Assembly (NCBI GenBank): GCA_047967505.1
Contig: CM106538.1
Source of the DNA: Dipteris shenzhenensis
Taxonomy: Eukaryota
Length of the DNA: 64,000 nucleotides
Strand: one strand, 5' to 3'
Shown: piece after piece, positions 62,910 to 64,000 of the stretch
How positions within the stretch are numbered: position 1 is the first letter of the stretch
Layout of the letters: each line of letters opens with the position of its first letter
Position numbers and translations under genes: made by a program
Notes under the pieces: model-generated
Seen by the model: only the letters and a program-made list of their open reading frames with translations
The model's database searches: none
Told to the model about the DNA's origin: nothing

Positions 62910-64000
62910 ATGATCACGTGCTTGATTTGTCCTTTAATCTCTACTTTCGATCTTGACTTCATTAATTACCTTAACGTCTCCTTAATCCACTTTATTTACA
63001 GCTGTCTTACGTGCTTTTCTTAAGACCCCCGTAGTGCTTTTGCCCCACCTTTTTCTCACGAGGAAACATAAGAGGAGAGCTCACGCTCACAAAGACGAGG
63101 CTACAAGTCTTGAACTCTCCATACGAGTGACTTGAACATCCGACGCTTTCGAAACCGGTCTTGCCAGGCCATCTAGATTCTGCATATGAAATTTGTTCTT
63201 GTCTATGGCCTTTCTTAACTCTCTGACATATTCTTCAAGATTAATACCGACAAGACCCTCATTGGAGAGCAATGACTTCGCTATGATCACGTGGCTGATT
63301 TATCCTTTAAACTCTACTCAGGAGATTGACTTAGTTAACTTAACCTCTTAATCCTCTTTATATATATACAACTTTCTTGCCCTAGAGAAGTGCTTTTCTT
63401 AACCTAAGTAGGACTTTGAGGAGGGCTTTTGCCACACCCTTTCCTAAAGGAGGGTAGGTCTAATTGTAGACGCTGGTTCTCCAAAAGCGAAATTCAATTT
63501 CTTGAATTTCTCGTGTCGATCTCACATTTTGTGTGGCTCTCGTTGACACAATGTTGTGGGCTTGACACGTGGTGTGCATCACCTACATGGCACGATGGGT
63601 GTATTTTGTTGATTTCATCTTGGCATTGAATGCAAGTCTCAAACACGAACAAGACGTAGAAGGTGATAATCACGTGGTTGATTTATCCTTTAACCTCTAC
63701 TTAGGAGATTGACTTAGTTACCTTAGCCTCTTCCACTTGATATAAAGCTTTCTTACCATAGAGACGTGCTTTTCTTTAGACAAGAGTGCTTTTCTTAATC
63801 CAAGTAGTGCTTTTCTAACCTCGAGGATTTCGAGAGGCGATAATCACGTGGTTGATTTATCCTTTAACCTCTACTTAGGAGATTGACTTAGTTACCTTAG
63901 CCTCTTCCACTTGATATAGAGCTTTCTTACCCTAGAGACGTGCTTTTCTTTAGACAAGAGTGCTTTTCTTGACCCGAGTAGTGCTTTTCTAACCTCGAGA
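62910..64000 (-). promoter_or_regulatory. Repeated upstream unit with G-box (CACGTG) and TATA-like sequence, 4 copies
   Basis: ATCACGTG..TGATTT.TCCTTTAA units with CACGTG at 62915, 63288, 63671 and 63845; the last two are near-identical at 174-bp spacing. Confidence 0.7.

Overview
A repeat-dense land-plant nuclear segment; a fern or other seed-free plant is plausible, but that is inference only. Roughly 90% is nested, mostly decayed transposable elements. These include an Athila-like Gypsy element (tRNA-Asp PBS, four-knuckle Gag, extra 3' ORF) with two diverged relatives and a related LTR, two small non-autonomous LTR elements (one very young and carrying a receptor-kinase fragment), Copia, chromovirus, LINE and hAT remnants. 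An ~8.8 kb Sola1-like DNA transposon carries a divergent multi-exon second gene and an internal ~180-bp tandem array. The only intact host gene is a four-exon papain-like (C1A) cysteine protease on the minus strand (62860-61443), whose G-box-containing upstream unit occurs in four copies. All family calls come from motifs read by eye; no searches were run.
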